Origin: Phyllobates terribilis
Lineage: Eukaryota
DNA length: 64,000 bases
Assembly (NCBI RefSeq): GCF_046119375.1
Contig: NW_027362765.1
Location: 101,184,001-101,248,000, forward strand
Direction: 5' to 3'
Of this stretch, positions 1-12,404 are shown piece after piece (positions within the stretch are counted from its first letter, which is position 1; every line of letters begins with the position of its first letter). The notes beneath the pieces are model-generated. The model did no database searches. It saw only the letters and a program-made list of their open reading frames with translations, and was not told the origin of the DNA. Both the position numbers and the translations under genes were made by a program.

Positions 1-230
1 ATTATTAATTTTAAATCTGGTGGAGCTTAGTATAGATGGCCTAATAGAATCAGTACTGCACACTGCTACAAAGCCCAAATTATTTTCCAGCCAAGATACA
101 GATAAACATGATTAGTAATTTTAAATCTGGTGGAGCTTAGTATAGATGGCCTAATAGAATCAGTACTGCACACTGCTACAAAGCCCAAATTATTTTCCAG
201 CCAAGATACAGATAAACATGATTAGTAATT
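1..230. repeat. 110-bp tandem repeat (2 units visible) on the 3' side of the hAT CDS
   Basis: Units start at 1, 111 and 221. The unit is homologous to that of the 2560-5503 array (GGTGGAG.TTAGTATAGATGG.CTAATAGA...CACACTGCTA.AA.GCCCAAAT). Confidence 0.85.
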
Positions 231-239
231 TGAAAGCTT

Positions 240-2460
240 TTACTCTCCCCAGGATGACACAGGGGTAGAAAAGTTGTTTCGGATCCATGATTTGTTCATC
301 TTTATGAACGTGAGTCTGTCTACATTATCAGTGGAGAGCCGTGTGCGCTTATCTGTCAGCACACCACCAACAGCGCTGAACACACGTTCAGACAGAACGC
401 TGGCTGCAGGGCATGACAAGATCTCCAAGGCTTAAGTGGCGAGCTCCGGCCATTTATCCAGATTGGAAGCCCAAAAAGAGCAAGGGTCCAGTGACACAGT
501 CATGGCTTCAATGTTTACTTGGAGATACTCCTGTACATCGTCTCTAGGCGTTGACTATGTGTCAGACTTCTTGTCTCCTGTGGCCTTGCAAAGGATGGGC
601 TAAAAAAGTGGTGAAATGATTCCGCAAAATTGATGTTACCAGCAGATACTGTGTTTCTGTTACGGTTTGAGTGCTGAACACTCGACGGTCCCACGGTTGG
701 CAAGTTGGAACTGTGAGATTCACTACGAGCACCACTGGTGTTTTGTGGAAAAGCACATGTAAGATTCTGCAACAGTCTCTGCTGATACTCCTGCATGCGT
801 GCATCCCTTTCTATGGCAGGAATAATTTCTGCAAATTTACTTTTGTACCGGGGATCTAACAGTGTGGCCACCCAGTAGTCAGGATTATTTCTAATTCTCA
901 CAATTCGAGGGTCATGTTGCAGGTAGTGCAGCAAGAAGGCACTCATGTGTCTTGCACTTCCAGGAGCACCAAGTCCCTGTTGTGTTGGTGGCGAGGTAAC
1001 AATCATGCTTCCTTCCTCTGTCCTCTCCCCCCAACCTCGCACAACAGAAATGTGATCAAGGTCTCCCTCATCTGATGAGTCTTCCATCAGTTCGTCCTCC
1101 ACTTCTTCCTGGGCTCCTGCACTTTCCTCACTAGTTTGGCTGCTACCTTGCGCCCTGGTAAAACCATCTCCCCCACCCTCACATGCCTGCCGCCTTGGTG
1201 CTGCCGACCGTCTGGACCTTGCAGATGTTAGCCCTTCCGCATACAACTCCTCCTCCTCTACTTCCTCCACCTCCTCTTGTGCCACCACCTGACTCCGAAT
1301 TCTGTTTAACATGTGCTCCAGCATGTAAATCAGCGGAATAGTCATGCTGATAATGGCATCGTCAGCACTAAACATCTTCGTCGCCATTTCAAAACTGTGC
1401 AGAAGGGTGCATAGGTCCCTGATCTGAGACCACTCCTCCAGCGTGATTTGCCCCACCTCTGGATCTCGTTGGCCCAGGCTATACGTCAGAACGTATTGCA
1501 CCAGGGCTTGTCGGTGCTGCCACAGTCGCTGCAACATGTGCAGAGTTGAATTCCACGGGTAGGCACATCGCATTTTAGCCGGTGAAGTGTAGAGATGTAA
1601 GTCGCTGAGCTGCGGGATGCGAAACGCGCGTAGGGTAAAGCAGGAAGTAGAGTCTCGTGTCCCTGCTGCAGTCATTGTAAGTATGTGATCTTACCTCATA
1701 GCACAAATGGCTGTGTATTTTCCCCATTACTTTATTGATTCATAGGTGAAGCAATTATCTATTTTTTAAGCATTTTTTGAGCTGCTACTCACATCTTTAA
1801 CCCTATGTAGCACAGATGGACTAATGCATCACCCAGTTATCGTTCCTAGGGACAAGTCTCCATACAGATGAATGAAGTGTTTATTTATAATACTCTAAGC
1901 ACAAGTCTCATATTGTTAAAAACGTGAATCATTCCTGTTGCCGCTTTATGATGGTTTTTTCCTTTACAATACATGTATAACTGTCATTTAGAGGATATCT
2001 GCTTCAATTTGCACCCAATTTGGGTCTTGATTATGCAGTCTTGATGATTCATGTGAGAAATATTCTCTATATATGATTCATGGATATGGGACTATTGATA
2101 ATATTGTCTCTACTTCCTAGCTTTTTCATTGATTTTAATTGTTTCTGAGCGATTCATGTGTGTTTTCCCTTTTTTCTATGCAAATAAAGAATTTATATTT
2201 TCATACATTTGGGACCTTGTCCGAAAGTTCTCTTTATTCTTGCTCTCATCTGGAATTTGTAGCGATTGGCGTGGCCGTAAGAAAGGGATCTTATCACATT
2301 GTCCGCTAAAAGAAGTAGACATTTTAGTTTGGCTGGAAGATGGTCTTTCTTCTGCAGATGTTACTGTTGCTTTAACACCTACCCCACGGACACAACCTTT
2401 TTTCCCCTTCCCAACACGCCTATTCCCCTTTCCACCAGCAGCAGGCCTTTTTCCACTCAT
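240..2460 (-). pseudogene. hAT transposase pseudogene (ZBED/Ac-like)
   Basis: The C-terminal dimerisation motif CPAASVLSERVFS..GGVLTDKRTRLS...LTFIKMN and the WVATLLDPRYK motif are present. There is a frameshift near 535 and an in-frame TAA near 430. The basic N-terminus (2176-2460) is separated from the core by unrelated AT-rich DNA (~1630-2190). Confidence 0.85.
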
Positions 2461-2559
2461 TTTGGTGGTTAACTAATTCACAACTCTGGAGTTGTTTGCA
2501 CAAAAAAACAATGGATGGGAACCGAGCAGAGCTGAGTGGCCAAACTGTGGTATTAGGCC

Positions 2560-5503
2560 AAAAGTATTGGCTGGGTTAGATGCAGATAAAAATGATATTG
2601 AATTTGCAACCTGGTGGAGGTTAGTATAGATGGACTAATAGACCAAGTCCCACACACTGCTAGAAGCCCAATTATTTTTTCAGAGCTAGATGCAGAAAAA
2701 AATTATATTGAATTTGCAACCTGATGGAGGTCAGTATAGATGGACTAATAGAGAATGTCCCACACACTGCTAGAAGGCCAAATATTTTTTCAGAGCTAGA
2801 TGCAGATAAAAATTATTTTTAATTTGCAACCTGGTGGAGGTTAGTATAGATGGACTAATAGACCAAGTCCCACACACTGCTAGAAGCCCAAATATTTTTT
2901 CAGAGCTAGATGCAGATAAAAATTATTTTTAATTTGCAACCTGGTGGAGGTTAGTATAGATGGACTAATAGACCAAGTCCCACACACTGCTAGAAGCCCA
3001 AATATTTTTTCAGAGCTAGATGCAGATAAAAATTATTTTTAATTTGCAACCTGATGGAGGTCAGTATAGATGGACTAATAGAACAAGTCCCACACACTGC
3101 TAGAAGCCGAAATATTTTTTCAGAGCTAGATGCAGAAAAAAATGATATTGAATTTGCAACCTGATGGAGGTCAGTATAGATGGACTAATAGAACAAGTCC
3201 CACACACAGCTGGAAGCCCAAATATTTTTTCAGAGCTAGATGCAGATAAAAATTATTTTTAATTTGCAACCTGGTGGAGGTTAGTATAGATGGACTAATA
3301 GACCAAGTCCCACACACTGCTAGAAGCCGAAATATTTTTTCAGAGCTAGATGCAGATAAAAATTATTTTTAATTTGCAACCTGATGGAGGTCAGTATAGA
3401 TGAACTAATAGAACAAGTCCCACACACTGCTAGAAGCCGAAATATTTTTTCAGAGCTAGATGCAGAAAAAAATTATATTGAATTTGCAACCTGATGGAGG
3501 TCAGTATAGATGGACTAATAGAACAAGTCCCACACACTGCTAGAAGCCGAAATATTTTTTCAGAGCTAGATGCAGAAAAAAATTATATTGAATTTGCAAC
3601 CTGATGGAGGTCAGTATAGATGGACTAATAGAACAAGTCCCACACACAGCTAGAAGCCCAAATATTTTTTCAGAGCTAGATGCAGATAAAAATTATTTTT
3701 AATTTGCAACCTGGTGGAGGTTAGTATAGATGGACTAATAGAACAAGTCCCACACACTGCTAGAAGCCCAAATATTTTTTCAGAGCTAGATGCAGATAAA
3801 AATTATTTTTAATTTGCAACCTGGTGGAGGTTAGTATAGATGGCCTAATAGAACAAGTCCCACACACTGCTAGAAGCCGAAATATTTTTTCAGAGCTAGA
3901 TGCAGAAAAAAATTATATTGAATTTGCAACCTGATGGAGGTCAGTATAGATGGACTAATAGAACAAGTCCCACACACTGCTAGAAGCCGAAATATTTTTT
4001 CAGAGCTAGATGCAGAAAAAAATTATATTGAATTTGCAACCTGATGGAGGTCAGTATAGATGGACTAATAGAACAAGTCCCACACACAGCTAGAAGCCCA
4101 AATATTTTTTCAGAGCTAGATGCAGAAAAAAATGATATTGAATTTGCAACCTGATGGAGGTCAGTATAGATGGACTAGTAGAACAAGTCCCACACACTGC
4201 TAGAAGCCAAAATATTTTTTCAGAGCTCGATGCAGAAAAATATTATATTGAATTTGCAACCTGATGGAGGTCAGTATAGATGGACTAATAGAACAAGTCC
4301 CACACACTGCTAGAAGCCGAAATATTTTTTCAGAGCTAGATGCAGAAAAAAATGATATTGAATTTGCAACCTGATGGAGGTCAGTATAGATGGACTAATA
4401 GAACAAGTCCCACACACAGCTAGAAGCCCAAATATTTTTTCAGAGCTAGATGCAGATAAAAATTATTTTTAATTTGCAACCTGGTGGAGGTTAGTATAGA
4501 TGGGCTAATAGACCAAGTCCCACACACTGCTAGAAGCCGAAATATTTTTTCAGAGCTAGATGCAGATAAAAATTATTTTTAATTTGCAACCTGATGGAGG
4601 TCAGTATAGATGGACTAATAGAACAAGTCCCACACACTGCTAGAAGCCGAAATATTTTTTCAGAGCTAGATGCAGAAAAAAATTATATTGAATTTGCAAC
4701 CTGATGGAGGTCAGTATAGATGGACTAATAGAACAAGTCCCACACACTGCTAGAAGCCGAAATATTATTTCAGAGCTAGATGCAGAAAAAAATTATATTG
4801 AATTTGCAACCTGATGGAGGTCAGTATAGATGGACTAATAGAACAAGTCCCACACACAGCTAGAAGCCCAAATATTTTTTCAGAGCTAGATGCAGATAAA
4901 AATTATTTTTAATTTGCAACCTGGTGGAGGTTAGTATAGATGGACTAATAGAACAAGTCCCACACACTGCTAGAAGCCCAAATATTTTTTCAGAGCTAGA
5001 TGCAGATAAAAATTATTTTTAATTTGCAACCTGGTGGAGGTTAGTATAGATGGCCTAATAGAACAAGTCCCACACACTGCTAGAAGCCGAAATATTTTTT
5101 CAGAGCTAGATGCAGAAAAAAATTATATTGAATTTGCAACCTGATGGAGGTCAGTATAGATGGACTAATAGAACAAGTCCCACACACTGCTAGAAGCCGA
5201 AATATTTTTTCAGAGCTAGATGCAGAAAAAAATTATATTGAATTTGTAACCTGATGGAGGTCAGTATAGATGGACTAATAGAACAAGTCCCACACACAGC
5301 TAGAAGCCCAAATATTTTTTCAGAGCTAGATGCAGAAAAAAATGATATTGAATTTGCAACCTGATGGAGGTCAGTATAGATGGACTAGTAGAACAAGTCC
5401 CACACACTGCTAGAAGCCGAAATATTTTTTCAGAGCTCGATGCAGAAAAATATTATATTGAATTTGCAACCTGATGGAGGTCAGTATAGATGGACTAATA
5501 GAA
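2560..5503. repeat. 110-bp satellite-like array, ~27 units, inside the hAT element
   Basis: TGCAGA(T/A)AAA recurs exactly every 110 bp from 2581 to 5441 with no indels. Confidence 0.97.
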
Positions 5504-6395
5504 TGATGCTATGCCCAAAAGGTTTTACTTCACTAGGTGAAGTAAAAAAATTGGTATTCTATACACAGGTGGTGTAGCTTGCAACACAGATAGGCTACTC
5601 CACTGACTAACACACTCTGCAATAGGCTAAAAAGGATTTGCTTTACTAGATTTAGCCAAATGCTGTGAAAAAAACTTGCACAGCACTGGCACAGACCTGC
5701 CTGGCAAAAACTGATAGGAACTGATGTAACTTAGTCCTGAAAAGGACTGCATTTACAATTAGTCTTTACTCCCAACCTATCTATTTAAGAGCACAGACCT
5801 GCCTGATAAAAGTCGTAGGAAATGATGTAACCTAGTCCTTAAAAGGACTGCAATCACAACTCTTCCCTACTCCCAAGCTATCTGCAGATTTGTGCGAAAA
5901 TTGGCTTTAAATTAACAGCGGTGCCGTCTAACACGCAGCTGCAGCAGTGAGAAAATGGTGGCGACGGGGAAAATGGCTGGGTCTTATAGGGCAAGGACAT
6001 GTGACATACACTGCCAATGACACATGCCCTTGCTTGTGTGAAAAAAAGCACTTCGCTCCGTGTGTGCGCTGCTGATAGGCTGACAGATTGCACCTCCCCA
6101 CTGTAAATGCGGGAAAGAGAAAAAAAAATGGAGATCTTCATTATTTCTGCAGAGATCCATCCCCTGCCCCTCCCCCCACCCCGCTGTACACTCAAACTGC
6201 GTATTAACATTAATTTTCATCATTACTGAGAAAAAATCCAGTTATGATTTTGGTGCACGAACAGTTATCGAACATAACCTCAAACAGCCGAATTTTTTTC
6301 AAATCGTTCGTGTTCGCCGAACGGCTCGAACACCGCCCAAAACAGCTCGAATTTGAGATTGACGAACAGTTCGAGTCGAACACCGCTCATCTCTA

Positions 6396-7402
6396 GTGGT
6401 AAACTCAGTTTTGTTATCAGATCTATGTGGTAAGCTCAGTTTTGTTATCGGATCTATGTAGTAAGCTCAGCTGTTATTGGATCTATGTAATAAGCTCAGT
6501 TTCATTATCAGATCTATGTAGTAAGCTCTGTTTTGTTATCAGATTTATGCAGTAATCTCAGTTTTTCATCAGATCTATGTAGTAAACTCTGTTTTGTTAT
6601 CAGATTTATGTAGTAATCTCAGTTTTTCATCAGATCTATGTAGTATGCTCAGTTTTGTTATCGAATCTATGTGTAAGCACAGTTTTATCGGTTCTATGTA
6701 GTAAGCACAGTTTTGTTATTGGATTCATGTAGCAAGCTCAATTTTGTTATCGGATCTATGCGGTAATCTCAGTTCTGTTATCAGATCTTTATAATAAACT
6801 CAGTTTTGCTATCTGTTCTATGTAGTAAGCTTGATTCTGTTATTGGATCTATGTAGTAAGCACGGTTCTGTTATCGGATCTTTGTAGTAAGCACAGTTCT
6901 GTTATCGGATCTATGTAGTAAGCTTGATTCTGTTATTGGATCTATGTAGTAAGCACGGTTCTGTTATTGGATCTTTGTAGTAAGCACGGTTCTGTTATCA
7001 GATCTATGTAGTAAGCTTGATTCTGTTATTGGATCTATGTAGTAAGCACGGTTCTGTTATCGGATCTTTGTAGTAAGCACGGTTCTGTTATCGGATCTTT
7101 GTAGTAAGCACAGTTCTGTTATCAGATCTATGTAGTAAGCTTGATTCTGTTATTGGATCTATGTAGTAAGCACGGTTCTGTTATCGGATCTTTGTAGTAA
7201 GCACGGTTCTGTTATCGGATCTTTGTAGTAAGCACAGTTCTGTTATCGGATCTATGTAGTAAGCTTGATTCTGTTATTGGATCTATGTAGTAAGCACGGT
7301 TCTGTTATTGGATCTTTGTAGTAAGCAAGGTTCTGTTATCGGATCTTTGTAGTAAGCACAGTTCTGTTATCGGATCTATGTAGTAAGTGTGGTTCTGTTA
7401 TC
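6396..7402. repeat. 31-bp minisatellite (~32 units)
   Basis: Consensus GGATCTATGTAGTAAGCACGGTTCTGTTATC. The 3' half is organised in 3- and 4-unit blocks. It directly abuts the hAT terminus. Confidence 0.95.
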
Positions 7403-8779
7403 ATGGGCAAGTGGTCCTCCCACCCAGGCATACATTTTACAGACAGTCTGGGGTGTCACTCTAGAGGCTACTCATTAAAATTTACCCCAACATAAAGAGG
7501 GGAGCACAGTTCTCATAAATGTTGTCAGATATCAGGAGTAGTATTTGGAAGTGAATGAAAAGACGGTGGATTCTCGTGTTACAGCCCGGCTCGTGTTTTT
7601 CTGCATTCTTCTTGCTGAAATCCTAACACATTGTGCAAGAAAACATGAACTTTTCTGGCAGAGAGGAATGTTTTCCAGATTTTTTTTGCTTTTTTTTTCT
7701 TGTCTTAGAATCTTTGGCTTTAAAAAGTGGAAATTATTAGTCGGTGAGTGTCTCATACCATCCACCACTTTTAGTCTGCTCTAAGGTCTGGGAGAAGTTG
7801 GAAGCCTCTGTAATGAGCAGAATCCCCTCGTGTCCCCCACCGGCTGCAGCCTGAACATTGGCAACTACATGTAAATCTTACAGTCATTGGAACTACTGAT
7901 CGACCCGCTCATTACTGAAAACAGCCAGACGCAGCCCCGAAACCTTCTGAATTATTCTACATTCTCCACATCTAAAACAACATTCAGGAATGTTGAACAG
8001 GAAGAAATGTAAATGGTTCTCACAGTAAAGACCAAAGTGGGGTTGTAACAACCTCTCAGACATGATATAGGGGCTGGTTGTCAGCAGTTGTAGATGCAAT
8101 AATTGCTCCTTTAATATAAGGTGTATGAATCTATTGTCTGATCATAAATAATTATATCACTATTATATTATATTCAGTAGTGTTGTTATTAATCGGGCGA
8201 GGTTGTGACAACCTCTCAGATATGATATAGAGGCCGGTTGTCAGTAAAGATGGGAGAATCGATTAGCAGGACTCCGGTCCATCAGCCAGCTCAGTAATCT
8301 GTGACCCCTGGATGAGAGCCCTGAGAATTAGTGATGGATCATTCGTAACCGATCCAAGACAAAGAACCGGCTCCTTGTCTGGAACGATGGGAGCCAGCAC
8401 CCCAGTGAGAGCCACTAAAGTCTCTGAATGGCTCTCACTGGGGGTAAAATGACGGTGTTCGGCTGATGAAATCTCGCCATACGTCATACACCATTGTCGT
8501 CATCATCAGCAGATTTCTCAGGATAACTAAAAAAGGGGTCGCCATGTGCGGCAGTGACTTTCTTTGTAGCTAATCTGTTTTCTTTTTGTCAGATTTTTTG
8601 ATTTGAGGTGAGTTAAAAACATGAGCTGAAATGAGAGACATTTAAAAAAAAAAAAAAAGTAAATCTTGTCGAGAGTCCAAGGGACTGGTGTTTGTACTGC
8701 TGCCTGTGAGTAACATCCCAGCTCTGCAGCCCTACACACCAGTGCCGGACTGTCCACACAGCAGACACAGCCGTCTGGG

Positions 8780-8833
8780 ATGATGCCAGGATGCCGGAGA
8801 ACGTTGGTGCTTCTGGCCTGCACGTTGTCTCAG
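8780..8833 (+). CDS. ccn5: CCN5/WISP2 coding exon 1 (signal peptide MMPGCRRTLVLLACTLSQ)
   Basis: ATG at 8780 has G at -3 and an upstream in-frame TAA at 8711. The peptide has a hydrophobic core and ends CAG|GTAAGA in phase 0, matching exon 2. It resembles the mammalian CCN5 leader ending LLCLLSK. Confidence 0.8.
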
Positions 8834-9290
8834 GTAAGATCACCTGGGCTGACATTCATGGAGAATACAGCATGCTAAAATCTCAGTCCAGTCATTTGCT
8901 GTGTCCTCTGCTTTTCTTTCATGTTCTGCATTTTAGGTTTGGGCTCATTTCATTAGGATTACACTGGTACGTTTGGAGTTGGTCTTCATTGGGTTCAGGT
9001 ATATCTGGTTGGGGTTTGTCTGATTTGGGTAATGCTGCCTACAGGATACACATAGTAATGGCCAACACAAGTTTTACATAATAATGGCTACTATATGACA
9101 AAAATTCTGGTGTGTCAGGTTGGATTTTTTGGGCCATTCTAGGCTGAAAATAAAATATATTGTATTGTTAGTAAAATTTGGATATCCTGACCTACCTGTC
9201 TGTGGTCAGATCATGCACACATATGACTCAATATGTAATTTTTTAATGTATCCCGAATAGTACTTATCTTATGTGTATAGACAGCTTTAA

Positions 9291-9791
9291 GGCCCCCATA
9301 CACATTAGACTAAAGTTGGCCAAACTCACTGAAAGTGACGGGATTGGCTAACAGACTAATGTGTATGGGAGCCTCCCAACTGCCCCCTGATAGATGATGT
9401 CGGGGGACAGAAAGATCTGGCATGTCTTATTTCAGAGTGCTGATATTTTTGTTTTCTAGAAATAAGCCACCGCCAGAAGAGTCAGGCAGCATCTCTTTCC
9501 TAGGGAACCCAGAAGCACTCGACAGTTTGAGCGCTCTTGTGTATGGGAGAGTTGGGGAAGATAACTGCTGGCGAATAATCAGCCGAACTATCAAATGGCC
9601 TACAGCTATCGAAGTGTGTGAGGGGCTTTGGTCTGTTTGGATTGGCGGTAGCTGGTTGGATTGGTGCGAGTTTGAGTTAGTTCTCCCACCTCTACCTTAT
9701 TCCAGCTGATCTGCACATATACATTAGATGTCTGCCAAACCCGCTAATTTATGAAGGACCTGCTGACCATCTAATATGCATAGGGGTGTCC
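9291..9791. mobile_element. PIF/Harbinger-type MITE (CCN5 intron 1)
   Basis: Imperfect TIR beginning GGCCCCCATACACATTAGA, flanked by TAA on both sides. Confidence 0.7.
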
Positions 9792-9869
9792 TAACCCTCT
9801 CCCTCTCAGATGTTGAGAGAAAGAAATGTTAGCAGTGTCATAGTTCAATATATCAAATCCTTTTTGTTA

Positions 9870-10072
9870 GGCCACGGCCCCACTATCAGTATTTGGTCAG
9901 TATTCGGTCAGTATTTTTTCTCAGGAGTGGGAGCCAAAACCAGATGAGGAACAATCAGAGAAAAGGTATAATAGAAACAAGTCACCAATTCTGCATTTAT
10001 CACCCACTCCTGGTTGTGGCTCCTACTCCTGAGAAAAAATAATAACCAAATACTGATAGTGGGGCCTTGGCC
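9870..10072. mobile_element. Harbinger-type MITE (~200 bp); same family recurs at 28021-28213 and ~56945-57139
   Basis: TIR GGCC..GGCCCCACTATCAGTATTTGGT. The internal AGAGAAAAGGTATAATAGAAACA..TCACCA.TTCTGCATTT segment is shared by the three copies. TWA flanks. Confidence 0.75.
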
Positions 10073-10189
10073 TTTGGGCGATAATCCTAAACCAGAGGTG
10101 TATAGCAGTGACTTATTCCTCTCTTCCTATTGAGAATACAAAGAAACTTGACCAAGAATGAATAGAAAGATAAGGAGGAATATCTGTTG

Positions 10190-11178
10190 GATGACAACAA
10201 CCTAAAGCGTATGGTCTGCTGAAGACCATCGAGACACAAGGTGATCATCTAGGCCAGAACTTCTCAATCATAGCAAGGCATGGGCCTCACCATTAGTCAT
10301 AGTCCATAGCAATCTTGTTAAACCTGAGATTGGTGCAACCATAGACAGTAGATATGAGTAATTTGATTAGCGCTAACCTTGTCTGGCATCTAATCTGGAC
10401 CAATATGGCAGCCGGTCTTCATGTCTATGACTGTTAAGAATGACCTGGCATCCTCACTGCCAGTAGACCTTATGCGAAGTTGTGATATCAAGAGCCTGAT
10501 AAGTACAAGAGGCACATAGGATGTTGGGCCGTGGATTGTTGGGTATAGAAATGAAGACTAGGTTGGATATCTGACCAGGTCAGTACAAATTGAATTTCTC
10601 ATCTCTAGTAGAAAGACCTGTGCACGATATAATCACTTCTGTGAAAACTGACTCCCCAGTTTCACTTCACTGATAACCGGGTGATCCTCACCAGTGTGAG
10701 ATACTGATGTAGACGGTATGAGAAGATGGAGCAGGGTGTAAGAGTTAGAGTTTGTGTTATGATAGGCTACAAGCACTAAGGAAAGACATGAGATCTGTCC
10801 CTACAATAGAACTAAGCTAGATCCCTACGATGTAACGGGGAACCTGATCCTGCGATCAGACCCGCTAAAGTCCTCAGCTAGTCTGAACGAAGACCTATAG
10901 ATGTGAGGGAGGGATCCCTAAAAGAACTAGGGACTGTGAGAAAGATGGACACCTCCTAGCAGAAATTGTAGCAGTAAAAAGACAAACACACAACATAGAA
11001 CATAAAGGTCAAAAGACCTAGCTAAACTGACTGAGAAAGGTTACAAAGCACCTGGCTAGCTTAAGATTAGAAATTACAATGGAGTCCCGCATGGCCAGAA
11101 GGGCGGAGCAGGATTAAATAGGCAAAAAAGGTCATGTGACCAGCAAAATAGAAAAAACTTAACAGGAGAGTTCTAACA
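10190..11178 (-). mobile_element. Highly degraded LTR-retrotransposon remnant (LTR 10755-11178 plus RT-like traces)
   Basis: A TGTTA...TAACA-bounded ~420-bp segment with TATA-like and GC-box motifs. The - strand of the adjacent DNA shows traces resembling RT motifs (RFNKIA, GLDDHLV). Confidence 0.4.
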
Positions 11179-11266
11179 GTTTGAGGTTTATATCCATACA
11201 ATCTAAGATCGATTGTGTTATGGAGGAAAATTGAATGCACTAATTTTGCTTTTTATTTTATTTCAG

Positions 11267-11483
11267 ATTTGCTCCCAGATATGCCGACTCCCATGTACCT
11301 GCCCCTGGATACCAGCCCAATGCCCTCCCAGCTCATCCCTAATTGTAGACGGCTGTGGGTGCTGCAAGATCTGTGCACGGCGCATTGGAGAACCTTGTGA
11401 CCAGATCAACCTGTGCGATCAGAGGCAGGAACTAATGTGCGATTATTCTACAAGCATCGACGGAAGAGGAGGAACCTGTAACT
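11267..11483 (+). CDS. ccn5: CCN5 exon 2, IGFBP domain
   Basis: tttcag acceptor and T|GTAAGA donor; 217 nt. Encodes ICSQICRLPCTCPWIPAQCPPSSSLIVDGCGCCKICARRIGEPCDQ, with the GCGCC motif and CCN5-type CTCPW / ARR.GEPCDQ. Confidence 0.95.
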
Positions 11484-12404
11484 GTAAGATGCCACCCACA
11501 CAGAACCCCACAGTCAGCATTGCTTGTTAGCTGTCGCCCAAACTCCACTTGTGTAATGCTGATTTCCCCAGGTTAACCATTTGCTGGTATGGCTCACTAT
11601 CCCCGCTTTTTTCCATTACTGAAATATGAGCATTTGAATCTATATGCAAATGAGGCTGAAGGGCTATGGTAGATCTGAAGCTTCTGTCACTCAAGCTCTA
11701 TTTTCCACCCAGCGCACCTCCTCCTCCTTCACTGAATGGTTCTATGGTGTTTGACTTCAGGTAAAGGAGCTGTCAGTCAAGCAGGAGGCGGCACTGGGAA
11801 CAGAATAGAGCTGGAGTGACATAGGCTTCATTTCTCAATAACGGAAGATCGGACTTGCTATGTAAAGGTATTGCTGTCCCCATACAGAATATTGTTGTCA
11901 GCAGCGCATGAATGTTTTACATAGGTAGCTGACAATGATATTTTTTAGGCCGGCATAATGAATCTGATCAGCTGATCAATGAGCTTTTTGCTCATTCAGA
12001 AGCTGATTGTTGACATGTTCATTATCAGGAACGATCTTTGATTGTTGATTCATGAAAATTGTCTTCAAAGGGAACCTGTCATGTCAATAAACTCTATTAA
12101 TCTTCAGATATGGGGTTAATCTGCAGGTTGATGTCGTTCTAGAGCCTTGCGGCTGCCGCACTGACAGCATGACTACCTGGAGGAAATTAACTTTATTCAT
12201 CAGTGCTGAGCCGGCTGTCAGTCAGTGCCGGAGTGTGGTTACAGTCGCCTGTCACCATGTACTGAGCGGTGACTGAAGCCGCGCCTCTGTGACTGAAAGC
12301 CGGAGGCTGATGGGACGAATAAAAGTCTTTTCCTACCGGTAGGAGGGCTTTTAGTGCAGTGGCCGCACAACTTTAGAACACTATTAACCTGCATATTAAC
12401 CCTA

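Larger units (their letters stand above)
1..6395 (-). mobile_element. hAT-superfamily DNA transposon (defective; other end lies outside the window)
   Basis: The right terminus reads TAGAGATGAGCGG on the - strand (ends at 6395), with subterminal TTCG/CGAA-rich motifs. It contains transposase remnants at 240-1675 and 2176-2460, and related 110-bp tandem arrays on both sides of the CDS. Confidence 0.85.

Noticed and set aside
2560-7402. Regular arrays resembling CRISPR
   Set aside because: Units are contiguous with no unique spacers, there are no cas genes, and the context is eukaryotic.
7665-7992. Two GGAATG (TEAD-like) motifs about 0.8-1.1 kb upstream of the CCN5 ATG
   Set aside because: Hexamers are expected by chance. 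No conservation data are available and the transcription start is unknown.
8400-8443. 15-bp perfect hairpin CCCCAGTGAGAGCCA / TGGCTCTCACTGGGG upstream of CCN5
   Set aside because: It follows a TAGTGATGG hAT-like start and is typical MITE internal structure; no evidence of a separate RNA.
8872-8940. Alternative CCN5 exon 1, MLKSQSSHLLCPLLFFHVLHF (within ORF 8791-9081)
   Set aside because: The only nearby GT gives phase 2, incompatible with phase-0 exon 2. The 8780-8833 frame has a consensus donor and the right phase.
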